From the NCBI GenBank assembly GCA_965644315.1, contig CBFFRQ010000054.1:310001-374000 (forward strand): a stretch of 64,000 nt of DNA, read 5' to 3'. This stretch comes from Caecitellus pseudoparvulus. Lineage: Eukaryota > Protista > Bigyra: Bicosoecida. A model generated the notes under the pieces. It was not told the origin of the DNA, searched no databases, and saw only the letters and a program-made list of their open reading frames with translations. This document shows positions 12,201 through 23,411 of the stretch, in pieces (the stretch's first letter is position 1; each line of letters opens with the position of its first letter). The position numbers were made by a program, and so were the translations under genes.

Positions 12201-15200
12201 TGGGCAGGGGGAGTGGCGAGAGGACCTGAAGCGCATCATGACGCAGGCTGGCGCGGCTGGGAAGCCCACGGTATTCATGTTCTCCGACACGCAAATCAAG
12301 TCGGAGAGCTTCGTGGAGGACTTGAACAACATCCTAAACAATGGAGAGGTCCCCAACTTGTTCGAGGCCGACGAGCTGGCTGCAGTGCTGGAGGACGTGG
12401 CGAGAGCTGCAAAGAAGGAAGGCGTGAGGCTTGAAGGCCAAGATGACACCTACAGCCACTTTGTCAAGCGCTGTCGGCAGAACTTACACATGGTGCTGTG
12501 TTTTTCGCCAATTGGCGACGCCTTCCGGTCTCGCCTGCGGCAGTTCCCTTCCCTGGTTAACTGCTGCACCATTGACTGGTTTGCGCCGTGGCCTGAGCAA
12601 GCCTTGCGGACAGTCGCCCAGCACTTCTTTGCGGATTTGAACCTGCCTGAGACGTCTCGGGCGGGGGTGATCGATGTGTGTGTTGCCATGCAACGCAAGA
12701 CCGCAGATATGTCCCAGAGGTTCCTGGAAGAACTCGGGCGCCACTACTACGTCACGCCCACGAGCTACCTGGAACTCATCAATACCTTTTCATCACTCTT
12801 GTCTGACAAGCAAGCTTCGCTGCTCAGTGCAAAGGCACGGTATGACAATGGCCTCACGAAGCTGGCGGAGACGGAGGACATGGTGGACACCATGAAGGCA
12901 GACCTTGAGGCGTTGACGCCCAAGCTGCAAGTGTCTCAGCAGGAAGCAGCTGCGATGCTGGCAGACATTCAAGTTGCGTCGAAAGCGACTAGCGAAGTTA
13001 AGGCCAAGGTGGCGCAGGAAGAAGCCACTGCCTCTGCCCAGAACGCCAAGGCGAACGCAATCAAAGCAGAGTGCGAGAGCGACTTGGCGAAGGCGATTCC
13101 CATCCTGAAGGATGCCCAGGCAGCGCTGAAAGCCATTGACAAGGGGGACATAGCCATCGTCAAGAAGCTTGGGAAGCCCCCTGCAGGAGTGCGGCTTGTG
13201 ATGTCTGCGGTGTGCATCATGATGGGGTTGAAGCCGGCCCGCATTAAGAATCCCGATGGCAAGGGCAAAGTGGACGACTACTGGTCAGTGGCGACTAAGC
13301 AGCTCCTGTCGCGCTCAGACTTCTTGCGCATGCTACAAGACTACGATGCCGACAACATCGCGCCTGACATTGTGGCCAAGATGCAAGCTGAGTTCATTCC
13401 GGACGAAGCCTTCGACCCAGAAGTCATCAAGAGCTCTTCCAGTGCGGCAGCGGGGCTGTGCCGCTGGTGTCATGCGCTTATAAAGTACGACGGCATCATC
13501 AAGGTCGTGGGGCCAAAGAGAGCTGCTTTGGCAGAGGCAGAGGCAGAAGCTGCCGCGTGCACTGCCCTGCTGGCTGAGAAACAGGCTGAGCTGGCAGAGG
13601 TAGAAGCAAAGATGGCGGACCTGCAGGCCAAGCTCTCAGCCACAGAAAAGGAAAAGGCAGAGCTAGAAGCGCGGGTTGATGACTGCAAGCAGCGCCTCGA
13701 TCGTGCCGAGCAACTCATTAGTGGCCTAGGAGGAGAGAAAGTGCGCTGGGTGGCAGCGTCCCAACGCCTCGCGGACTCGTACTCCAATGTTGTCGGGGAC
13801 ATGGTTCTGGCAGCGGGAGTCATCGCCTACCTCGGAGCCTTCACGTCCACCTACAGAGCAGAAGCCATCTCCACCTGGTCTGATATGCTGAGAAGTGGTG
13901 GTATTCCATGTGCTGAGGACTTCTCCTTGCGAAATGTCCTCGGAGATGAGGTGACAATTCGGCAGTGGACAATAGACAAGCTGCCGAACGATGCTTTCTC
14001 CGTGGACAATGCCATCATGCTGCACAGCTCAGCTAGGTGGCCGCTCATGATCGATCCCCAGGGCCAGGCCAACAAGTGGGTGCGGAACACCTTTCGAGGG
14101 GAGGAGTTCACGTTGCACGTGTTGAAGCAAGGCAGCGGCGGGACGATGCGTTCCATTGAAGGCGCCGTGCAGTACGGCCACTGTGTTTTGCTGGAGAATC
14201 TGCCCCAGGAAATAGACCCTGTCCTGGAGCCCCTCCTCTCACGGCAAACAGCCAAGGTGTCAGGCATGCTGGTGATGAAGCTGGGAGACAACACAGTGCA
14301 GTACGACCCCGCTTTCAAGCTCTTCATGACCACTAAGCTTCGCAACCCGCACTTCCCACCTGAGACGTGTGTTAAGGTAAACCTGCTCAACTTCATGGCC
14401 ACGGAGGAGGGACTCACAGACCAGATGCTTGGGACTGTTGTTCGTCGGCTGGAGGCGAAGCTGGAGTCACAGCGCGAGGCGCTGGTGCTCCAAGATGCCA
14501 GCAACCGGAAGCAGCTGAAAGGCATCGAAGACACCATCCTGAAACTGCTGAAGGAGTCGGAAGGTGATATCTTGGACGATGACGTGCTCATTCGTACCCT
14601 TGCTGAGAGCAGGGTCACAAGCGACCAAATCATGGAGCAAGTTGAAGCGGCCAGGAGCACCCAACAGACCATCGAAAAGGTACGAACTGGGTACATCCCC
14701 GTGGCACAGCGAGCGTCGAGGTTGTTCTTTTGCATCGCAGACCTGGCGGGTGTAGACCCCATGTACCAGTACTCCCTCGAGTGGTTCACCGACCTCTTCT
14801 TGCTCGCCACCAGCCGCGCTGACATCGTCCCCAGAAAGCCGGCTGAGACCGCTCGGAACTTGAACGCCGTGTTCACCTTCAGCTTGTACGAAAACGTCTG
14901 CCGTTCGCTGTTTCAGCGCCATACGTTGCTCTTTGCATTCCTGCTTGCTTCTCGGATTCTCGTTGGGGAGGGCCGCCTGCCTGCTTGTGAGCTGCAGTTC
15001 TTGCTGACGGGCTCCCTCAAGCTGGCAGCAGAGCCCAATCCTGTTGACGGCGGGAAGGGTTGGCTCTCCCAGAGGGCGTGGGCGGACATCGTTGCCCTGA
15101 AAGAGGTGCCTGGCATGAGGACGTTCGTAGAGGAGGAGTTGCTGCCGAACCTCCAAGCATGGCAAGAGGTGTTTGAGGCAGAGGACCCGATGCAGGCTGT

Positions 15201-17268
15201 TGTGCACTTGACGGAGGGTGACCCACCAAGCATCCAGCCTGCACCCGTTGGTAGTGTGCGCCGAAGGCAAGTCACCGTGGAGCCGCTCAACGACGACGCA
15301 CGCAGCACGCTGTTGCTCTTCCAACGGCTGCTTGTCCTTCGCTGCCTGCGGCCGGACAAGATGATCCCTGCCCTGCAAGACGCCATTGCCGTCGCGATTG
15401 GGAAGGAGTACATTACCCCGCCCCCATTCGATTTGGGGAAGTGTTTCGCGGACTCGTCTGCCTGCACTCCCCTCATCTTGATCCTCTCTCCTGGCGCGGA
15501 CCCCATGGCGGAGCTGGACAAGCTTGCTGACAAACTAGGCCAAAGCGGGACACTGGCAAAAGTGTCCCTCGGCCAGGGGCAGGGCCCCATTGCAGCAGCA
15601 AAGATAGCTGAAGCCGTAGATCGAGGCTCGTGGGTGTGTTTGCAGAACTGTCACTTGGCAGAGAGCTGGCTGCCTGAGCTCGAGCGGATCTGTGAGGAGA
15701 TGACTCCTCAGGCCGTGCACGAGGACTTTCGCCTGTGGCTCACGGCCATGCCCAGCGCAGCTTTCCCCGTTTCCATCCTGCAGAACGGAGTGAAGGTCAC
15801 GATTGAACCTGCCAAGGGCCTGCGAGCAAATCTGCTGGGATCCCTGGCCTCCATTGAGGAGGACTTCTTCGACTCGTGCCGCCGGCCCAAGGACTTCAAG
15901 AAGCTGGTGTTTGGCCTTGCATTCTTTCATGCAGTGGTGCGGGAGCGGAGGAAGTTTGGGCCCTTGGGCTGGAACATTCCCTATGAGTTTGCAGAGACCG
16001 ACCTCCGCATCAGCATGGACCAGCTTCGCATTTTCCTGGATGACCCGTCGTTCGTGGACATTCCCTTCCAAGCCCTGGCGTACCTTGTCGGAGAGTGCAA
16101 CTATGGTGGCCGTGTCACCGACGACAAGGACAGGCGGTGCATCTTGAACATCCTGCAGGACTTCTACACGCCTGCCATCCTGCAGGATGGGTACAAGTTC
16201 TCCGCATCGGGCACGTACTATGCGCCTAAGTTTGGTTCCTTGAGCACATACGTTGAGTATGCCCGAAGCCTTCCCCTCATGGACGCGCCGGAGGTGTTCG
16301 GCCTGCACCCAAATGCCGACATCAGCACAGCGATAGCGGAAACCAACGACCTCCTCCGCTCTGCCCTGTCTCTTCAGCCCCAAGCAGCGAGTGGTGGCGG
16401 GGCTTCATGGGAAAGCACGCTCGCTGATCTGGCGTCCAATACCCTGGAGAGCCTTCCACCACTGTTCGATATTGAGAGGGTACGAGTGCAGTACCCTGTG
16501 CGCTTCGAAGAGAGCATGAACACTGTCCTGACACAGGAGCTGATTAGGTTCAATGGCTTGCTAGAAACGGTCACTCGCAGCCTACAGGACATGCAGCGGG
16601 CACTGCGCGGACTCGTGGTCATGAGTCCAGCACTCGAGGCGCTTGGGTCTTCCATTGTGCAGGGTGAGGTGCCCCATGCATGGGCAGCAGTGGGATACCC
16701 TTCCCTGAAACCCTTTGCGAGCTGGGTGTCAGATCTGCTGGCTCGCCTTGCATTCTTTCAGGCATGGATAGATGGAGGCACACCATCGGTGTTCTGGATA
16801 TCAGGCTTCTTCTTCACGCAGTCCTTCCTCACTGGCACTCGGCAGAACTACGCAAGGGAGCACTCCACCCCCATTGACGAGATTGCCTTTGACTACCAAG
16901 TGTGGACCACGGCTGCTTCCCAAGCGCACGATGCAGCACCAAGTGTGGGGGCTGTGGTGCACGGCTTGTTCTTGCAGGGTGCTGGCTGGGATGAGGGGGC
17001 AGTCTTGCTCAGAGACAGCACACCACGGGAACTCTTCGTCTCCATGCCGTACGTGCATTTGATTCCCAAGCGGGAGCCCGACATCGACCCGTCCTCACAC
17101 ACCTATGCATGCCCCGTATACAAAACAAGCGAGCGCAGGGGAATGCTCAGCACCACTGGCCACAGCACCAACTACGTCATGTCCGTTTCTTTGCCCATGC
17201 CTCCCCGAGACACGGAGCAGAAGTACGTGAAGTTGGGGGTGGCTATGCTCACCCAGCTGGATTCGTGA
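3300..17268 (+). CDS. DNAH1: Axonemal inner-arm dynein heavy chain, DNAH1-like (introns 3860-3929, 4072-4140; one in-frame TAG at 7168-7170)
   Basis: P-loops GPAGTGKT (AAA1), GETCSGKS (AAA2), GETGTGKS (AAA3), GVGGSGRK (AAA4). Dynein motifs FPRFYFLSND, YGYEYLG, WACFDEFNRI, HYDYGMRA, WVCLQNCHL and C-terminal Y.CPVYKTSERRG.LSTTGHSTN. N-terminal LPLGQFDDDSFE..W and VPRLSILFDEEDP resemble DNAH1-type tails. Dynein identity is certain; the subtype is less so. Confidence 0.9.
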
Positions 17269-17279
17269 GGCCCATGGCG

Positions 17280-19184
17280 CTACTCCTCTGAGTCTGCTAC
17301 AATGCAAGGACTGGGCCGCCTTCGGGCCCGCAGCGACACTGGGGCTGACAAGGCTGGGGGCGACACAGCTTGCATGTCTGCAGCCAAGCCTGAAGCTGCA
17401 CCAGAGCCAAGCCCAGTGCCCGTGCCGTTGTGCTTGCGCACTGCTTGCGCCAATGCGCGCAGCTCTGCCTCCTCTAGCCAGGGCTTCACCGCGCTGCCAT
17501 CGGCATTGAAGCCACGCACAACGCGATCGGCCCACTCATTACTGAAGACGCCCTTGGGGTCCAGCATGAAAGCGAGGGATCGGAAATCATCCCACTTTGG
17601 GTAGGCTGCCGCGAAGTCTGCTGCTGTGAAACGGAAATCCTTGGCCCAGTGCGGGCGCCCACCCAACGAAGCCATAATGCGTTCAAAGTCGTCAAAGAAC
17701 GCCCTGTACGGCAGCTCCACGCCGTATGGTTTGTACATGATCACGCCAATGTACGCCGTGTCCCTCCCGAACGCAGGGGAGCACCAGATGTCGTCACCGC
17801 GCACAAACCGCACTTCCACTGGGAAATGTGCCTGGTAGTGCTTCTCCTTAATGATTCGTTCCAAGCGGTGAAGCGCCTCGGCGACTGCCGAAGTGGGAAT
17901 GGCCCACTCGTCAACATGCCTGCAACGCAGCAAGGGTCAGGGGGTGCCGGCGCAAGCATCGCAAGTGGTCAAGCGGAACACGCACTGCTTGAACAGACAG
18001 TTGAAGTTGAAAGCCCTGTCACTGCGGTCAATGCTTTTTCTTGGCCAGCTGAAGAGCACCGCCTGCCACAGGGCGTTGATGAGGGGTGTCAGCGACGGCA
18101 CAAACCACGTGAGGAACAGCGCTGCCTGAAGGATGTGGAAGCCGAACAGGGTGAAGAGGCACCAATGCACCCATCCACCGACCCAAGCGTACCAGCTTGC
18201 AACCCATGCCATCGGGAGGACTCTGGACGCCAGCCCTCCTTGAGCTGAGGCAGCGGCGCCAGTGTCGCGCTGGGGAGGAAGCGACTTGGCACGCCACTCC
18301 CACGTCGCATTCGTGTGCGGGAACCACCAAAAGCGGTACCAATCATGCCCACGCAAATCGTCTTCCAAATGCCCCAGTGTCTGGGACAAGGTAGACGGCG
18401 ATTCCTGGCTGGCGAGGTGAAACGCTGGAACCACCTTCAAAGTGACGCAAGTCACCACGCCCAACACGCCCATGCTGCAAAGTGCGGCCTTGAATACATC
18501 CGCATTGTGAGCATGGCTGGCTGTGACGAGCTCTCCTGTCGCAAGCACCATCTGCAACTCAATAACCGTGCTGGCAATGATGCCAAAGCCAGCCCCAGTG
18601 CCTGCATCAGGCACGTGGGCAGTGGTGCCATACGCATTCATGCGCGTGCCTCGCAACTACAGGGCGGAGCAGGGTCGTGCACCAACGCACCGTGTGTTCC
18701 AGTAGCAAGAGCCCCCGCAATGGACTGATCCGAGATGGACCCCAAGTTCTGCATGGCCAGGCCGTGGAAATCCAGCACCTCGTGCAGCTGCCAAAGGCGT
18801 ATACCAGCTTGCACCTGCCGAGGATCACGGATGAGAAGCGGTGGGGAAGGGGGTGATGTGGAGCCGGCATGCCAATGGTGCAGGCCATACCTTCACAGTG
18901 CACGCCTCCACGTCCACCGCCAAGACACGCTGAAAGGAGTCCAGGCTGAGCATGACGTCAGGACACATGGCGCAAGGGTTGGGGGAGTGCGCACTGCCCA
19001 CGACCCGCAGCTTGCCGCCTCGATCGGCCACCAGGCGGACAATCTCCTGCACTTCTTCCAGCGTAGTTGGGCTGTAGTGCGCCTGGGGCACCATGGAGTA
19101 CGTGGAGGCCCACGTCTCCACCTTCCGCTTTGCCGGCATCAGCCCAGCCGGCCGGGTTTGCTCCCCGACTTGGCTGCCCTGCAT
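17280..19184 (-). CDS. GULO: L-gulonolactone / D-arabinono-1,4-lactone oxidase (FAD-linked aldonolactone oxidoreductase)
   Basis: Exons 19184-18891, 18814-18691, 18601-17986, 17919-17280 splice in frame. Motifs RVVGSAHSP (His at the covalent-FAD position), NLGSISDQSIAGALATGTHGTG, GVLGVVTCVTL, FWWFPHT, HFPVEVRF, GGRPHWAK. Confidence 0.85.
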
Positions 19185-19417
19185 GGTGAGCGAGCACGTG
19201 GAAAGGATTATAGCATTCTAGGGGCGAATGTCCCTTCTCATCCGAGTTACAGACGCCGCAGTGGCACAATAGATGTGGCATTCGGTGGGGACTGCACTCT
19301 GGTGTGCTGGACAATTTCCGCACATGGCCCAGCCCACACTGTAAACTCAACAGAAGCGAGCTAGACGCGCCACGCTTTGCTCGCCCATTCCATGCTGCGT
19401 AGGGTTTTCATTTCCTC

Positions 19418-21016
19418 ATGAGTGGGAGCCCTGCTGAGCTGCCTTGGAGCTCCTGGCTTATTTCCCAAGTCCTGCCGGAGCACTTTCTGGCGTCCGCGCC
19501 GCCAGGGCTCCGTGAGGCGCTGCTTGTCGGCAGCATTGTCCTGGTCTCAAGCTTGGGTGCTGTCCTGTGCATTCGACCGGCTGCCCAGCGCTTGAGGCGG
19601 ACTCAGAAGTTCACCTAGCCAACTCAAGGCCAGCATGCCAGGCCAGCCCAACTCAGGCTCAGCGTTTGGCGCAGCACTGGGCAATGCCTTCATGCTGAAG
19701 CTGTCAGCCGAGGTTGAGGAAGAGATTAAATTGCACGCGTCCATTGCAAGCATGGGCTTGGTAATTCGCTTCCAGTCGCCCACAGAGGCTGTGAGTGTGC
19801 GGTATTTGCTTCTCGCCCGCCCGCCCCGGCACCTCGGTTTCGCGCACGTTGCTGCCAGGTGATAAGGTGCCCCATCATGCCGGAGTGGAGTGTCGCATTG
19901 CGGGTTGTATCTTCTGGCTCCAAGCACCACGCCTTCTTGGCACGCGCCCCTGCACCGCCGGCGTCCTGCGGGGTGCTGAACCTGAGCGCTCGACAGGTCG
20001 GGCGAGCCTCCATTGTGGCCCCCGCAACACAAGAAGCGCCAAGAAGCCGAGTCCAGCCAAGTGCGATACATACTGCCTCGGACCCCGACTCGAGGGGGGT
20101 CAAGCGACCCCGCATAGCCACCATGCAGCTCCTTCCCAGCGACAGCACGCAAGCTGCGCCGCCACCTGCCTCCACCCAGCCCAAAGCTAGCCACACACGC
20201 CGCAAGTTGACAGCTTCCAAGCTGAGGCGACTGCTCATTAATCCTGCAGCACCTGAACCAGCGCCGAAGCCAGCCCTGGCACCAGCACAAGCACCAGCAC
20301 CAGCACCGACAATAACGCCAGCTCCTGAGCCAGAGCCGGAGCCAGCGCCGGAGCGTGCCCCTGCCACACACGGTAGGGAGGTCGAGCAGGTGTCACCGAG
20401 AGAGAGTGCCGTGACTGTGGGCTCAGCGGCAGTGAGTTGCATCTTGGCGCTGGCAGACAACATGCCGTCCATACCGCCAGGCCCTCTGGCAGTGACGTCA
20501 CACACGCTGGCTGCCCGGGTGGAGGAGGTGGGGGTGCTGGTGACACCCCCCCTTGACCCCCCCTCCACGCCTTCACAGGCAACTGCGCTGAGCCAGCGCG
20601 CAAGCCACTGCAGAGCACTGGCAGGCAGCCTCGCGTCCGCGCTGGCCAAGGCTCAAGCTCGGTTCGACGCCGTACAGAGCTGGTGTGAGGCGGCAGCGGC
20701 GCAGGTGCATCAGGCATGCCGACTGTGCCCTGGTGTGGTGGCGCCTGGGCCCACTCCCCGCACGACGCGCATGGCGTGGGCCCAGAGCGCCGCCGAAGCC
20801 CTGCAGGAGCAAGCAGGTCCCGCCCTGGCTGCAGCTGGCGCCCGCAAGGCACTGGCTGAGGTGCTGCAAGGCATCAGCGCCTCGAAGGTGTGCTTGCCTG
20901 CCACTGCCCGCCAACTCCGCCGATGCGCGCAGCAACAGGGCCAGCTACTGCTGCATGCGGCGGGGTGTGAGGCAGCAGTGCGGGCCGCGCCCAGTGTCGC
21001 CCGTGTCGTGGGCTGA
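19418..21016 (+). CDS. Hypothetical protein with N-terminal hydrophobic segment and Pro/Ala-rich linker (apparent frameshift near 19610; intron 19791-19858)
   Basis: ORF 19418-19618 (TM-like LLVGSIVLVSSLGAVLCI) continues in another frame (SPSQLKASMPG...). A phase-0 GTGAGT..CAG intron links it to ORF 19859-21016. No recognisable domain. Confidence 0.45.
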
Positions 21017-21325
21017 ATGCAAGCGTCGCTCCATCACACAGTGCATTGCTGCAGGTGTGACTGCACCTCACCTGAGGCATGCCTGGCAGCCCGCCAACCA
21101 ACGCCCCCTGCCGGCCCATCGGCCTCCACGCCCCCACAGCGCTTTGCAAGTGACTTCAGTCGGCGGCTCCCCTGAGGCGGCCACATAACAGCCTCGGCGT
21201 CAGACCGTGCCCGCACGGCTGTGCCAGGGAAAGGGCGGGTACCCCCCCCTGACACCCCTTCGCCTTCCTCAGCCCCCCACACCCAGACACCACCCCAAGT
21301 GCGCACAGCAGCGCCGGCCGGCTGC

Positions 21326-22488
21326 TTACGCGGTCTTGGCCACGGTGGTCTTGGCGGAGCGGGCCAGGAAGTCGGCGTGCTCGGCGTAGGGGGAGGTCAG
21401 GAACTCCGTCTTCTCCCACAGGTCCGGGGACAGGAAGGCGTAAGACTTCTTCAGGGCGAAGAAGATGGCCTTGATGAAGTTGCCCATGGTGCGCGTGTGG
21501 CCGCGAGAGGAGGTGTAGCAGTCCTTGACACCAGCCAGGAAGAGCATCTTCTTGGTGGCAGGGGCGGCGACGAGGCCGGTACCGCGGGGAGCGGGAATCA
21601 GGCGCACACGCACGGAGCCGCACTTGCCCTGCAGCTTGTTGGCCACAGTGTGGGGCTTGCCCACCTTGGAGCCCCAGTACCCGCGGCGCACAGGCACAAC
21701 GGTGAGCTTGGCCAGGGTGATGGCGCCCTTGATGGCGTTGGCAACCTCAGCGGAGGTCTTGACGCCCAGGCCGATGTGGCCGTTCTTGTCACCGACGGCG
21801 ATGAAGGCCTTGAAGCGGGTGCGCTGACCGGCAGTGGTCTGCTTCTGCACAGGCATGATCTTCATGACCTCATCCTCCAGCTCTGCAGACAGGGCAGTGG
21901 GGGTGAGGGAGTGCCGCGGTGCTGTGTTCGTGAGCCAATTCCGCAGGCAACCAGCACACGCCGTGTGCTTGGAATGACAGCGCAGGAGGACACGCAAATG
22001 AGTGCACATAAGAGATGAAACTGGCCTAGAATGTCGTGCCCGTCGACTGTGGCTCTGACCGGCCGCATAGGCCGCAGTTTCAACGCGTGCGCACGGCGCA
22101 CACCAGCCGCAGAGGCACACGCACCAGGCAGGAACTGGTCCACGATCTCGGCCTCCTTGAGGGCCAGGGAGTGCAGGAACACGTGCTCCAGAGAGGGAAT
22201 CTTGCCAGCCTTGACGAGGCGGCCGAGCTTGGTCACGGGGACCCACTCTGCGGGGAGGAAAGCGGCAACGTGAGCATGGCCGCGCATGGTGTTTCCGCTC
22301 AGACGCCACGAACCAGTCTTCTCGTCCTCACGGCGACGGCGGGGGCCGCCACGGCCTCGGGGGCCACCGCGTCCACGGCCAAAGCCACGGCGCTCGCGGA
22401 TGGGCTCGGAATCGGGCACGTTGGGCACCTCGCCGGTGGGGGCGGCGGGGGCGGCAGGCGCCTCGCCGGTGAAAGTCTGATCAGCCAT
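21326..22488 (-). CDS. RPS2: 40S ribosomal protein S2 (uS5)
   Basis: Exons 22488-22314, 22247-22125, 21882-21326. RGG-rich N-terminus, [71 protein letters not shown]. Confidence 0.97.
21920..22085 (-). ncRNA. Candidate structured intronic RNA (possible H/ACA-like snoRNA or regulatory hairpin) in RPS2 intron 2
   Basis: Intron 22124-21883 is 242 nt, against ~60-90 nt elsewhere. Arms 22016-22028 (TGAAACTGGCCTA) and 22068-22082 (TAGGCCGCAGTTTCA) pair with a 2-nt bulge. A second hairpin (AGCACAC/GTGTGCT, ATTCC/GGAAT) is followed by ACA on the host strand. No canonical box H on the host strand. Confidence 0.3.
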
Positions 22489-22565
22489 GACGAAATTTGC
22501 GGGCAGTATCAAGCGGGCAGTACACAAGGTACGAAGGCGCCAGGAATGCAGTTGAGGGTGGAAAA

Positions 22566-22628
22566 GTGCCGTGGCGGTGTGGCTGGTTCATGAAGGCGAG
22601 GGGCGTTGATGGATCGTCTCAGGGGGGG
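22566..22628. repeat. 63-bp dispersed direct repeat, copy 1 (RPS2 upstream region)
   Basis: Ungapped match to 41729-41791 with 8 mismatches (manual alignment). Confidence 0.8.
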
Positions 22629-22858
22629 GAGGGGGACGACACTGTGATCTACTTTCACGCCGAGGTAGCCAACATTAGCCGATAGAGTCTCTCGTATGCA
22701 AAATTGACACCCTGACTGCACTGCAACGTATTCTCCAAGTGTTCTAGTTGCCTCTGAACGTGTTCTTGTTTTCGGGACTTCCAGGTGTCGTGAGATACGG
22801 GCTTATGTGCATTTCCCCCCTGGCGTTACACAGGCGTTTCGGGTACCCTCCACCTAAA

Positions 22859-23356
22859 ATGGCTTCCGTTGGCCAGAAAGGCACCACCCACACAAACGTG
22901 AAGCATGTTGCGGGCATGAAATCATGTTCAGTGTCCTTTGGTGCTTTGGCTTCTCGTCGTCTCGCCCAGATCATGCTCAATTCCATGAAGAGGCCTGGTT
23001 TGAAATCACAGAGACTCACGTCCAGAGGCAGTTTGCCTGCCACAGTTGACTTATCGCAAGCATGGAACAGGATCAAGGACTGTTAAGTTCTATGGGACTC
23101 TCATGCCCTCGGTGATGGTGTCGTGAAGGCCCAGATTGCCGCTCTGGCGTCGTCCATCCTGACTCTGGCCCGAGAGGATGCGCTGCAGGTCACAGATGAC
23201 CCTCCCGAGGACGCAAGCCACGACACAGTGCACCTCATGTCAAGCGGGGGAACGTATCTACTTCCTTTAGATACCTGGGACTCGATAATCTTCGCCTTGG
23301 CACAGGATGGCGGCTTCTACAAGGGAAAGCGTGGTGCGGGCTTCCTCTTCGACGAA
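22859..23356 (+). CDS. Probable 5' exon of the MULE gene (contains in-frame TAA at 23084-23086)
   Basis: ORFs 22748-23086 and 23123-23536 share one frame and are separated by a single TAA. A putative phase-0 intron 23357-23417 (GTAGGT..CAG) would join it to the 2191-aa ORF. Confidence 0.3.
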
Positions 23357-23411
23357 GTAGGTGGCCATGTGTGGCTCCTAAGCGCTCACCCCTTCACTTT
23401 GCTCACTCCAT

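Noticed and set aside
21883-22124. C/D-box snoRNA in the RPS2 intron
   Set aside because: No RUGAUGA/CUGA box pair found on the host strand.
7168-23086. Stop-codon reassignment (TAG/TAA as sense), suggested by in-frame stops in the dynein and the MULE 5' region
   Set aside because: Only one such codon occurs in ~4,600 dynein codons, and TAA/TAG end RPS2, the oxidase and the F-box gene at sensible positions.
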